A stretch of 64,000 nt of DNA, taken from NCBI GenBank assembly GCA_050575255.1, contig JBNZDD010013721.1:3681907-3745906 (forward strand), written 5' to 3'. Under the pieces are notes generated by a model that saw only the letters and a program-made list of their open reading frames with translations, searched no databases and was not told the DNA's origin. How positions within the stretch are numbered: position 1 is the first letter of the stretch; the number at the start of each line of letters is the position of its first letter. This document shows positions 37,631-49,980 of this stretch, in pieces. Made by a program: the position numbers and the translations under genes. This DNA comes from Harriotta raleighana (taxonomy: Eukaryota).

Positions 37631-40027
37631 ATATTCCTTAACTCATTGTTTGTGTTGAAAGTATTATTAGAATCAGAAACAATGAGCATGTGTATGTGAT
37701 GAGAGTCTAGGGAACTGAGAAGAAAAAGGATTTAGTACAAAATATTCATAATTCACTGAAGGATTTCAGGTCAGTGTGAACCTATTACAAACCCATGATT
37801 TGGGTTCAATGGCTAAATCTCTTCATAACTTTCATTTTGAATTACACCAATAGCATTTTGCAAACAATCTGATTTACGTAGTTACACAGAGTGTACAGAC
37901 ATTCAGCCAACTTTTGGTGTTTAAATTCCATCCAAGTCCTTAACACTCCTATTCCCTTCTCCCGTTGTATGCATCAAGTTTTCTCTCAAATGCTTTTGAA
38001 AAAGTCTGTAGGTTTCAAGGATATCGAAGGTGTTGCATTTATTCGATCTGTAAATAGTTTACAATTTCTTTAAATATGAAATTCAGTATTGAGCATTTTA
38101 CAAGTGGCTCCTCCATGCCAAATAGACACCTGAATCCAAATTGAGAGATACTCAAAAGCTACATTCGGCAGACATGCTCCTAATACTGTTTTAAATCAAA
38201 CGAAGAATCACACATGTTTATAAATGACAGAAAGTGCACATAAAGAATGATATCATCGCACATCAGCAGTGATATCTGGGCATCTTCATCAATACAAGGG
38301 CTAATTCTTGGATTACAGGGTCGGCCTGTGTAGTGACAGGTTAGAACTCAGCAAAGCTCCACAAGCACAGCTGCTTAATGTTTTAACTACTGTTTCTTCC
38401 AAACGATCCTCTACTGCCACCCCGCCACACCCCCCCCTCACCCTTTACCTATGTATCTTAAATGTTGAATGAATTTTCCTCTTATTCGACTTCTAATATT
38501 TGGAAGATTTCGGTTCAGCAACAGCAGGCCTAGATTTTTCTTTGTTTTCTGAAGAAGTAACCCAGGTATGTTCCTGATAACTTGCTCACTAAGCCTGGCC
38601 CGCCGTTTGCTTTCATTCACTTTTATTGGAGATTTCTCAGGCGTCCGAATGTTAAACCCAGGCAGCCCTCTTGTGAGACTCGACTGCTAATCGGGAGCTT
38701 GACCTGTTTCCAGGAAACATAAAACATCCCTACATACACTAATATGCTTTAACTCTAGAGTATTTCTGCCAGGTCGAAGGTTAAAAAAATTGTCACATTA
38801 AGAGCGTTTGCTTTAATGAGGGAGCATTTTAATGACAAGCTATTTGGATTTAGCTGGTCAGACTCTAGAAGTACCCTAAGGATTACACTGGGCCTTGGCT
38901 CTTAAATTGTCTGACCCACCCTCACACCCTCTCCCAACAGTGTGCCGTTTGTTTACATGAACACTGACTATTAACGCATTGCATTTTAGCAACTAGATTG
39001 TATTAGGAACGGGCCATAAAAGAAGGGAGGAGTTGTGGATTAGTTATCAACCCAAGAGTGTGATAACCCAAAGCATAGGAGTGACACAACATTTAACACT
39101 GTGTGTAAAGGAACTTTACACTGCACATACACACCAGAAAATCCACACCCATTGATAAATCAAGAGCCAATAGTAGAAAAAACACTCGAAACATGGAGGA
39201 ATAACTTGGTCATATCATAATAAAATTCCTGGCCTATTTGGAGGATTTTAAATACCGTACACTCTGACCAAATACGAATAGTTCCACAAGCTGAATTCTT
39301 ATCACTTGTGATCTTGGAACCTGCTCAAATTCTTATCAGCCATTCCTCAGTGCATGCCTGAAAGGTTAACAATTCTCTCTTCAGCCCCCCACGTGTCCCA
39401 ACCCCCCCCCCTGCCCCCCCCACCCCCCCAGCCCACCTCCCCCACTTCTCTAAGTAATTATTCTGTGTCCTGGATTTTAAATGTTCATATGCCATGGAAC
39501 AGGCTCTCACACTAACTGCTCATTTTACCCAGTAACCAAATCAATGTACGAATAAAATGGCTTATTTCAGCACAAGTGACTTTTATATATTATATATATA
39601 ATGTATATGAAAAGAAGGAATTATGAAAAGATAAACACAATAGTCATCACTTGATGTTTTCTCTCTGGCATGAACCGTCATCAGGGACAAGGATAGGAAG
39701 ACACCATTCGCTAAAGATCCACCAGTTCCATACCCATTATGACTCTTATTTTCCCTCACTTTAAAATGGAAAGGGGCATCTAAATTTTCATTTTATCCCA
39801 AATGTTATGAAGCAATATAATTACTCATTTAGTGTTTTTTGTTCTTGAATCTCTGTGCCTTGTCTTAAACCATTGGCCAGTGGTAGCTTTGCACTTTATG
39901 TTGATTCCCCTTCAACCTAGTGATATGAATGACAGACAGACAGCTGGAGAAACTCACAACATCACTGGAACAGACATTTACCACTTTAATTTTGAAAAGT
40001 CCAAAGAATAAACCTGTCAGGAAGACA

Positions 40028-40212
40028 TTAATAATAATAATAGTAACCTTGCAGTTGATATTGCTCCTTATCACGTATTCAAGACATCTCCAAGTGCTTC
40101 AGATAATATATACTGTAAGATGAATTCACTGTAAATTGCACACAGCAGTGTCTCACAAACAATTGTGGAGTGAGTGACCAAATTATTGTTATTTTTTGAG
40201 GGAATATTATCC
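40028..40212 (-). mobile_element. Short-type SINE, 5'-truncated
   Basis: Reverse complement of the 3' two-thirds of the family. Confidence 0.85.
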
Positions 40213-40280
40213 CTGGAAAGCGATCCACCAATTGGCTACTAACTGGATTCCTACTGACTGCTAGATAAACCAAGTCAAAC

Positions 40281-40586
40281 GTGAAATCCTGTAGCTGAGT
40301 GGTTAGGGCGAGAGACTTGGGTTCAATTCCCGGCAGGGTGAAACCTTGGGCAAGTTTCCTTACTCTACACATCTGATAATAATCTCTCAAGAAAAATGAA
40401 CAATAATAAATTGATCACTTCAATCCACAACCGTTTGTGGGACCCTGCTGTGTGCAATTGGCTGCTGCATTTCACCAGCAAATATACAGTTAATTCACTT
40501 TACAAAATGTTCTGTAAAGCGCTTTGAGATGTCTAGAAGACGTGAAAAGGGCTATAACAAATGCAAGGATTATTATTGTTATTATA
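40281..40586 (+). mobile_element. Short-type tRNA-derived SINE, near full length (resembles elephant-shark SINE2-1-type, from memory)
   Basis: A-box tagctgagtgg, B-box ggttcaattcc, gaaaccttgggcaagtttccttactc, body, and tail aaatgcaaggattattatt. Confidence 0.9.
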
Positions 40587-41291
40587 AATGGAGTCTAACC
40601 AGCTGAAACTGCACAGCTTGCCATTGATATTGCTATCCGTCAAGCTTTCCCGCTGCTTGTCCAGCTAGGACCACTCTACCCATTAGGACTTTTGATTGCA
40701 GGGTTAACAGGAGTGAGATGACTCCCTGCCCCCAGTGACTGGTCTGGCCTTCCAGGTCGTGCCGATGAGCCAGGCTGGCTGTGCTGGAATACTATGGACC
40801 TGCTTGGCTCAGGTACTGGCCAAGTAAGGCTGCCACAGAGGGTTGGCTTAATTCTGGTCTTCCATTGCCAGACATCTCACCTTGAAACCAGTTCAGTTCC
40901 AAGGAGCCCCTGCTTACTTCAACCCCACGGAGGATCATCAGGCAAAAAAAAAAAGTACTCTTTGTATGCTTGTTTAAAAAGTTGGCGCCTACTGAAACTA
41001 GTGTAATCCACTAAAAAAAACAATGATCCCAGTTAAGATTATAGCATTATCTCCACCGGGGCCAAGTCACTGGCTCTTTTATAATTACACAAACACAGTA
41101 ATCCTTGCTATTGTGATCATTTTAATTGTCAGACAAGGTTTATTAAATGCCAATAACAGCTTATCACAGTTTTCCATAGGACAAATTCCATTTATCTCTC
41201 TAATTACTAGAAGTGAACTTTGGACATGTTGAATTTCCATTATTCATGAGTAATCAATTCTAAAGAGCAAGGGCAAATAGGAGACACGACA

Positions 41292-41440
41292 CCAACAACA
41301 AAATTACATTTGTATAGCTCCTCTCACATCGGTAGGACGTCCCAAGGCACTGGACAATCCATGATTGGACCCAAGCTGGGGGTTGGGTTCGGAGAGGGTG
41401 AAGAGCGGGGCGGGGGTAGGTGAAGGGAAAGGAAGGTCAA
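41292..41440 (-). mobile_element. L2 3' tail/UTR fragment
   Basis: caacaacaaaattacatttgtatagctcctctcacatcggtaggacgtcccaaggcactg. Confidence 0.8.
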
Positions 41441-41814
41441 ACCTGTCACTTGCAGCTCAACGTCCCACTACAAAGAAAGAAAGAGACAACTTGTATTTTT
41501 ATCATGTTGAAATGTCTCAACAAGTAATTCACAAGTAATTACCGTCAAGTGTAGGCAAAGGTGGCAGATATTTGTGCCAGTAAGGTGCCATGAACAGCTG
41601 TGAAGTGAATGATCAATTAATCCTGAGCACTGTCTCCCAGAATGCAGGGAGAAAGCTCCCTTCTCCTTCTGAATTGTACAAGATTTTTTGCATCTACCTG
41701 AGCTGGTGGAGATGATTGATCTTGGTGTAACATCTCATTTTAAAGCACCAATATATACCTGGAATATAATATCAAACCTAATGATTATTTACCACAAATA
41801 ATATATCTCCAGAT

Positions 41815-42108
41815 CTGCCTTACAAGCATGAGGCCTGTGTTCGAATCCAGGCAGATCAGGGCGAAACCTTGGGCAAGTTTCCTTACTCCACACGCCTAAT
41901 AATAATCCCTCCAAAAAAACTACAATAATAAAATTGGTCATTTCAATCCATGACTGTTTGTGGGACACTGCTGTGCGCAATTGGCTGCCGCGTTTCGCCC
42001 ACAAATATACATTCAATTCACTTTACAGTATATTCTGTGAAGCGCTTTGGGACGTTGATAAGATGTGAAAAGCGCTATATCAAATGCAAGGATTATTATT
42101 ATTATTAT
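41815..42108 (+). mobile_element. Short-type tRNA-derived SINE, young and nearly full length
   Basis: B-box gttcgaatcc, CpGs intact, and tail tatatcaaatgcaagga(tta)n. Confidence 0.93.
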
Positions 42109-42731
42109 CTCTTTGCTAGTCTTTTCCTCTTAACATTTCTTTGTTTGAATATGCATAATATTTGGTGAGCACTGAGGGGATAATGCAAGTCTTCTCCCTA
42201 TGTAAACAATTTCCACTCTTTTTGCTCTCGGATGTCCATTGCGTACATGCTCAGGCACAGACATTTGGACCTATCCACTCACAGTTATAATATCAGAACA
42301 CATGGCGAAGGATTGAATGTGTTAAGCAATGTCTAAATAGGCTATGCAATCTTGCTTATGAATCAGAAGTCACACCTAGCAAAAAACACCATTTATTTAT
42401 TTTTTGATGATTATCAGGGATGGATTCAACTCCTCAATGCGCACTGTTTTAACAATTCAGACTGTCCACAAATTGACCATGTTTAACAAGCTGCAAAATT
42501 CTCACCCTGATCAGCACAAGACCTCAACAACAAACAACTAGATCTTCAGAGTGCAATGTGAATTTCATTGCCTTCTCTCCCTGCACCCATTGAGGTTCAG
42601 CGATAAACCTGGAGAGTGAATGGAAATTGATGGGAATGTGAATGAATTCCCTGCCTGTCCAAATGAATTCCCTGCCTGATCGGATGTTTTCGATCTTGAT
42701 CATGGAAAGACCAACAAATCTGCTTTACCCA

Positions 42732-43330
42732 ACAAAAACAACGATTTGTGTTTATATAGGCCCTCCACACCAGACAGCGTCCCAGGGCACTTCACAATAG
42801 TGGACCCTGATGCCAAGCCAGGAGGGAGTGGGAGGTGACCATAGGCAAGGTCAAAGAGGAAGATTTTCAAGCGCAACCTGAAAATGGGGACAGAGAGGGC
42901 AAGGAGGAAGTTCCATAATTTGGGGGCGTAGTTACTAAAGGCACGGTTACCATTTCTGAAGCACAGGAGGAGGCCGGAGCCAATAGAGCAGAGCCAGCAG
43001 GTAGTGCTGTGAGGAAAGAGGAAAGATAGAAAATGCCAAGTTATGGAGGGATTTAAACACTAGAGTGAGGATCTTGAAATCGATCTGCTCTAAGACAGGG
43101 AGACATTGGAGTTTGCCAAGGACTGGGGTAATCGGGGTGCAGAATTTAGTCCGGGTAAGAATGAAGGAGGTAGAGTTTTAGATGAGTTGAATTCTGTGAA
43201 TAGTAGAGGAGGGAGGAGAGGATATTGGCGAGGAGGGTGTTTGAGTGGTTCAGCCGTTGTCAATGGTTTTGGCAGCTTGTGGAGGGGCATGTAGGGGAGA
43301 AATGGTAACTGGGGATCAAACCTGACGATG
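42732..43330 (-). mobile_element. L2 LINE 3' fragment, degraded
   Basis: aacaacgatttgtgtttatatagg...gcgtcccagggcacttc...aggcaaggtcaaagagga...ggatcttgaaatcgatctgc...tgagttgaa. Confidence 0.72.
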
Positions 43331-46300
43331 AGTTTTGCACAAGTTCAGAGAATTTTAAGGACAGATCAGGTAGGTTAAACATAAAAAATTCATGTGCTTT
43401 TCCTAATGTTGGTAATCTTGTGTGGTGCATGATGAATCAGAGCTAAAAGGCCTATGGATAGATACAATGTGAAATTTCTGCACATATCAAAAGGTTATGT
43501 GGGTGGTCTGTGGAAGAGTATATTTTTATCTTATCCCTGGCTGTCTATTGATGGTGAAGGAAAATATCTGATCTCTGAGAGTCCAGTTGAGGAGAATAGA
43601 TATCTGTTCATTCCTTATTAATCTAATACCATTCATTTCCTGGTGATATAGTGATGAGGGTGTGGGGAGGGAAATGGAAGTGGGAGGTCAATCCCTGACA
43701 AACAAGTGAGAAGAGAATTCACCTGATTTTGGATGTTCCAACAAGCTGAGGAGGCAAGTACACATTGAATGAGTGGCAGAGGGCAGATATACTTGCCTAT
43801 ACTTCTGTCTCAACAATAATCGTATCTACTGCCCTATTTTTATTGTGGGTAAAATATTACAAAAGATAGGTCAACATTTTCCTTCCTCCACATTCCCTGA
43901 CTCACTACACTCACCACAATACTGCAGGTTTTATTTCTGTATTTGCCCACGGATACACAGTCGCTCCACTTCACAGTAAATCTTGTGAAGCACTTTGGGA
44001 TGACCTCCTGACATGAAAGGCGCTAAACCAAGTGTTGTGATTATTATTGTTGATGCAATGATGGGGATGTTCTGGAGAGATTGGATCAGATGGGCTAAAG
44101 GGCTTTTTACATACAGTCTAATCTTGTGATCCTGTGCAAAGATTAATTATTATTATTAGTAATAATTATTAATAATATTAATATTTATTTGGAAGGAAGA
44201 AGCATGGACTCTAAATGATCTGGTCTTAGGCAGACCCAGTTCCAAGGCAGCTTTAAGGATTCTTATCTGATATATGACTATTCATTAGATACAGTCTCTC
44301 ACTGGTGTAAAGCTGTTTTATTACGCAGTAACAAAACATTGAAAGCTGTTGTACTGAGAGTCACCGATAGAGAAATAATTTATAACTCCCCAGGTTTTGG
44401 CAAACATTTTCATTATTATTCCCATTGTGAGTTGCACGCTGATTCCATAATTCTGATTTTGCTTTTGGTCAATTCAAAAGCTGTCCAACCCCCACCTGAA
44501 CTGATCCTAAAGATTAATGAGAGTCCAAAAGGACAAATAACGACTGCATTTGGGCCAAACTTTGAAAAGCTTTCCAGATTTAGACCAAAACTGACTGCCC
44601 CACACAAAGCCCTCCGCTCATTGAGACTCCTGTGACTTTTGCTGTTCTACAATTAATTAGTGATGAGCACCAATTGGGCAACTAAACCTTCACTCATTCC
44701 CTTCCTCTCAGAGTCTGTAAAGTGGTGAACTGCCCACAAAAACTGAACTAATACCAATAAATGGGTTCAGAGAATAAGATTCTCTGCCAAGTCAAAAGGG
44801 TGGGGGGGAAACATTTTCATTGTGCTGTTAATGTTAGCAGCACATCGATTAGACTTACCAAATTAGTGAAGAAATGATTCATCAAGCTGTGTTCTGTATC
44901 CAAATTGCACCCATTTAGGAATTATTGTGAATTGATTTGAGATGTTCTGACATGAGACTCTATAACAGATGCAATAATTTATTAATGCTAATAATAATCA
45001 TCAAATATTAATGTTAAAAATAATCATTATCAATTTCACCTGAATTCCTAACTATTCATTTAAGCTTTGCTCCAGAGATGAACTATGTTAGAACACAGTT
45101 CCTGAATGCTATTGGTGAAGTGCTTTGGTATTGGAAATAGTTTATTTTGTGTAACTCAAGATACCTAGAGACATATCCCAAATAAGATCCAATATCTCTT
45201 ATTCAATATCACAATGCAGTTTAGGCCTGTGTGCATGCCATTATACTGTGGTTGGTCAGAAAAGCTGAATTGGGGATAAATAAACCAATGAGAAAAGAGA
45301 CAGTAAATTTGTGTAAAGCACATTTTTGAGTTTCTGCACTAGGAAAGATAGATAGAAATCAAAATGAGAAAAGAAATGATCTTCATCACATATTGCAGAT
45401 AACAGTAGACGGCTTCGCTACACTGCAAATGAAGCAGTGTACAATGTGTGTGGTGCGCATGTTAATCTTGTGGGCATCAGGCATTAATAAGTTAACGGAA
45501 TGGCGGCTTTAAAGGCTTGTCTGTGATAGAACTGAGAATAAGTTTAAAACTCATTCTGAGAATGGTGATCGTTAAAAGCCATGTACTCACGTTTGTTTGT
45601 TTGTTTATTTTGTTTAACTTGGAGGTGAAAAATAAGAGGTTTTCTTAACAGGTTTGATAGATTATGAAATCTGTTGAACATTGTAGTTTTTTTCCAATCC
45701 TTCGTATCAAATAGGAGGCTGAATGCAGCGATCAAAAGTTACAGCTTTACTTTGATCCTTAAGTACCCCTCAGGACAGTTGGAGAATAGAAGGTCTCACC
45801 CCCATCAATGTTACTGTGTATGATTTATATTTGTGTAATTTCAAAATGCAGCCTGAACAGTTCTAAATAATGCTTGCATTTGATGTAGCACCTTTCACGT
45901 CAGAAGGAACATCTCAAATTGCTTCAAATGATTTGCTGTAAAGTGGAGTCAAGGGATGCGGGGTAAACAAGGCAGAACCACTCCTGCTTAGCTTCTCTAC
46001 TGACTACAATTTCTTGCACTAATTCGTAATTCATTACTGGCAAGCATCAAGTTTTATATCAGGTAACTTATAATTAGGTTAACTTGAGGTTAGTTTGTGG
46101 TTACCCCCAGTGGGTTTTGTCTATGATTCAGAAGCATTTATCATAAGGGATTGGTTTGGGAGTGAAATCTCAAGCTCTACAAGCTCTGATATTCTTGTCA
46201 GTTTAGACAGTGCGTGCAGCCTGCCTGACATCACACAGCTGCTGCTGTCAATTGAGTCATACATCCGGTTCAGCTTCACATATTTGGCTTTTATAGAACA

Positions 46301-46969
46301 AAACTGACTCAAAAATCCAGTTCAGTCATGTCACCTATTTGCCCTCCCAGTCACTACTCGGTTTTCAGCAGAGAGGGTGAAAGACAAGATGGCTGCTGAG
46401 AGCTCGGCTAATGCTCATTCAGCCCTTCTACTACTCGTCACACTACCGATATTGACCCGAGAGAACTTGCTGTTCTCGATCTTAGCTTATTGCCACCAAT
46501 TCATATAGCTCTTTCACATCGGGAGGACTGAGGCACTGACGTTAGCCATTTAACCAACAGGGTTGGAATTGAGGGAAAAATCAAAAGGCAAGTCACCAGG
46601 CTTCCCACTACATTTGTCGCTGGCTGAACACTTCTCCAGTTGAGAGCTGCCAGAGATTTCCTGCCCTCCCTCTAGACAGAGGAATTCTGCAGGCCAGCAG
46701 GAGATCTAACGAAGGGAAAGAGTAAAAAAATGTATTGAAAACAAAGGGGAGGGAGAAGAGGGAAAAAAAACATTCCAAGAAAAATAAGTTTGATACGCAC
46801 AGTAGCTTGATAAAATAAAAACTGGCACAAAATTCTCCATTCATTCTGCAGACCACATCAAAAGCGCATACAGATTGATTCCCTGTAGGGTATTTTTTCT
46901 GATGACCTGTGATGCTTTGTTTTGTTTGTGATTTTAAACTAGAAAATTGTTTCACCCCCATGGAATATG

Positions 46970-47400
46970 CAGCAACAACAGCTGGCATTTATGTAGCACC
47001 CCTCATTCAGGGTAGCTTTCCAGAGCGCTTCCAGAGCAGAGCAAGACGCCGAGCTTGGGGGAGTGCAGAGGTGACTGTAAACACAATCAGTGAGGAAGAT
47101 CTTCAGGTGTGACTTGAAAATAATAATAATAATAATAATAATCCTTGCATTTGATATAGTACTTTGCACATCTTCTAGACGTCTCAAAGCACTTCACAGA
47201 ATATACCGGAAAGTGAATTGACTGTATATATGTGGGTGAAACGCGGCAGCCAATTGCACACAGCGGTGTCACTACTTTGGGTCACCGCTCCCTCAATTAC
47301 AACCCTCAGGGGTTAAGATGGGGGAAGAAGAGAGCAAAATGGGGTGATTGAGGGGGAGTATTCCAGAGTTTCAGGGACTAGTGGCTGAATAAATGTGCTG
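46970..47400 (-). mobile_element. L2 3' fragment interrupted by a short-type SINE (47120-47270, -)
   Basis: L2 tail at 46970-47118 resumes at ~47315 (aagatgggg...ttccagagt). The SINE between has an (AAT)n tail and the family body. Confidence 0.72.
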
Positions 47401-48011
47401 ATAACTGGAATGCTGGTGACCCACAATTAGCCTGAGTTTCATTCCTTGAACAATCCCACAACCTTTCCTTCCCAAACTCTGTAGCATTGAACTTCGGGTT
47501 GGGTGCTGAGCTGAGCTGAGCCAAGAGGCAAAAAGAATTCAACTCCACATCACTTCGACAAATATCACCCACCAATTATTTACAAAACGACCAAGTTATT
47601 TTTCCAACAAAAAGATAAATTTTTCACCAGAATTTCTCTTTATTTTTCCAACCAACTCGTCTCACTATTTTTTTTAATCAAAAAAACAGAAGTGAACTAA
47701 GGTCTACTCACTGGGATAGAGAAGTTTAGGCCGAATTTAGAGATAACCGTCTGACAAGGTAAAACAAAGCACAGAGATTAAAAACATGCTCCGGGCAGAC
47801 AGGAGCCGAACGTTCCCTGTTAAAGATTATTCAGACTCCTTCTCTGGAAACCTCCACATTCTCTGAAATCCTGGCAGCAATCCAGTAGTCTAGCAATCCT
47901 GTGCAATTTAACTAAATTAACCCTTTGAGCATGCGTTGCCGAAAACCAAAGGAGCTTTGAGATTTTGCAAAATCTGTTTGAGAAAAGCTTGTTCTATTTG
48001 ATATTTCGCAC

Positions 48012-48128
48012 ATCGTATAAACATAGTCACTGCACTTTTACAGTATATTCGGTGAAGTGCTTTGAGATGTCTCAACAATGCGATAAGGCGCTATATCAAA
48101 TGCAAGGATTATGGTTATTGTTATTATT
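48012..48128 (+). mobile_element. SINE 3' fragment
   Basis: cacttttacagtatattcggtgaagtgctttgagatgtc...gcgctatatcaaatgcaaggatta. Confidence 0.88.
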
Positions 48129-48825
48129 TCAATTCAATGTCTTTGGAATAGCTTAAATATTTTTATGAGGGTGGGTGAAAAATAAACAAGAGGAAACACT
48201 ACCTGCTCACCCAATACACAGTATTGGTTCCGCATTAGCTCTCCACTCACATATGTCCAGCTCTACATCATTATTATCTGTGGACAGCAGTCAGGTAGGA
48301 TGCAGATTTATTTGCACACACACACATACACACAGCCATTAACTGTAATGTCAGCATTTCTCAATAACCCAGTTTACAGGTGATGTGTGCCTTTCAGAGT
48401 GTGCTGTCAAGACAATCGTATTTCATGACTGGAAAATACTATCAGATCTCCTCTCCTCTAAGCATTCAACAGGCAGGAGTGAGTTGCAATTCAGCAATGC
48501 CCAGAAGTAAGTAATCGAGAGTACATTAAAGTTAAAGAGGGGAAATGTTGAAGATGTTAAGTGGACCTTGTGGTCCTTTTTCTTGGTGGCATGATGAATT
48601 TTTTTTTAAAAGATCTTAATTTACACACTCATTTTATTTATAAAACGTGCAAGATTCCCTGCTATCTCACAGCAAATGTTCTAATCTCAAATACTGCAGT
48701 CTCTCCAAACTATGTAACAGCCTGTTCCCAAACACCACTCACTGTGTGAGGAAAGGGAAGAGAAACTCAGAGATATACTAACTGGCTGGGTAGTGTGCAC
48801 TTTTAATGCTCCAATCCTGCTCTTC

Positions 48826-49090
48826 AGTAACAATAGTAATAAAAATAATAATCCTTGGATTTGATATAGCACCTTATCACATCTTCTAGATGTCCCAAAG
48901 TACTTCACAGAATATACTGTAAAGTGAATTGATGTATATATGTGGGTGAAACGAGGCAGCCATTGCGGTATCATAGCAGTGTCATACAAACAGTTGTGGA
49001 TTGAAATGACCAATTTCTTATTGTATTTTTTTAAGGGATTATATTCAGGCATGTGGAGTAAGGCAACTTGCCCAAGGTTCCGCCCTGTCT
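48826..49090 (-). mobile_element. Short-type SINE lacking most of the head
   Basis: Runs from the tail through tgtggagtaaggcaacttgcccaaggttccgccctg. Confidence 0.9.
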
Positions 49091-49158
49091 GGAAACGTTA
49101 AGGTCCTTTAACAAATTCTAATGCTGTGCCCAAGAGCCTCAATGGATCAAAAGACTCT

Positions 49159-49218
49159 TCAGCGCTTTGGGACGTCCTCCAGACGTGAAAGGCGCTAAAC
49201 AAGTGTAATTTTGTTGTT
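49159..49218 (+). mobile_element. Isolated L2 3' stem-loop tail
   Basis: AGCGCTTT-ggg-ACGTC-ctcca-GACGT-g-AAAGGCGCT-aaacaagtgtaattttgttgtt. Confidence 0.8.
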
Positions 49219-49534
49219 TCAATCGAAGCCGAAGAGGATTCCGTATTTATGCTACTGCCCTGTGGAATCTCTTTGCAGGTGAAAACTGTCCCAACAAGAT
49301 ATCCATAGAACCTTACAGCACAGAAGGAGGTAATTTAGCACATTGCTAAATTGGGAGCATTCCACCATTTCTACAATATAAACTTCAAACAGCAGGCCAC
49401 AGGATGGGGTATCATTATTGAGAAGCTGGTCAGTTTCTATGGCTCATGTCTCATTTTAGTACCAAACCTATGGAGAAACAAATTATTTCATTTTGACACT
49501 CGAGCACGCGTGTATGTGTGTGTTGTGTGTGTGT

Positions 49535-49735
49535 GGTCCCTCCACCCTGTCTGGCCTCCTTCAAGTCCCACCTCAAGATCCTCCTCTTTGACGTTCCCAT
49601 TGGTCATCCTAAATCGCCCCTTTCCCTCCACCAACTCTATCCCCTACCCCAGCTCAGATCTGAAACAATCTCTATCTAGCACCTTTGGATGTCCTCCTGA
49701 CGTGACGCTAAGTGTAATTGTGTTGTAGTTGTTGT
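49535..49735 (+). mobile_element. L2 3' fragment
   Basis: cctccttcaagtcccacctcaagatcctcctctttgac...ttggatgtcctcctgacgtga...agtgtaattgtgttgtagttgttg. Confidence 0.78.
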
Positions 49736-49844
49736 GTGTGAATGAGAGAAGAGACATTCATCTCAATGATTTTGAGCTATACCTGTATTGAAAATCAGGT
49801 CTTATTACAGAAAGGACAGTGAAAGGCCAAGATTGCAAAACAAA

Positions 49845-49980
49845 AAATGTGGTCACTCAATCCACGACAGTTTGTGGGATACCACACAGTCACTACACTG
49901 TATGGTAAATTCTCTGAAACACTTTGAGATGTCCTTCTGCTGTGGAACTGCCTATATATCAAATGCAAGGATTATTATTA
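49845..49980 (+). mobile_element. SINE 3' fragment
   Basis: ggtcactcaatccacgacagtttgtggga...tatatcaaatgcaaggattattatta. Confidence 0.82.

Noticed and set aside
40912-40942. Hammerhead-like CTGATGA...GAAG on the - strand (also CTGATGA at ~21695 and ~56609)
   Set aside because: No GAAA after stem II and no helix I/III closure.
44821-44850. TAGCAGCACATC resembling miR-15/16
   Set aside because: The match stops after 12 nt. It is the right half of a 24-bp palindrome with a tiny loop, not a 5p arm with a downstream star strand.
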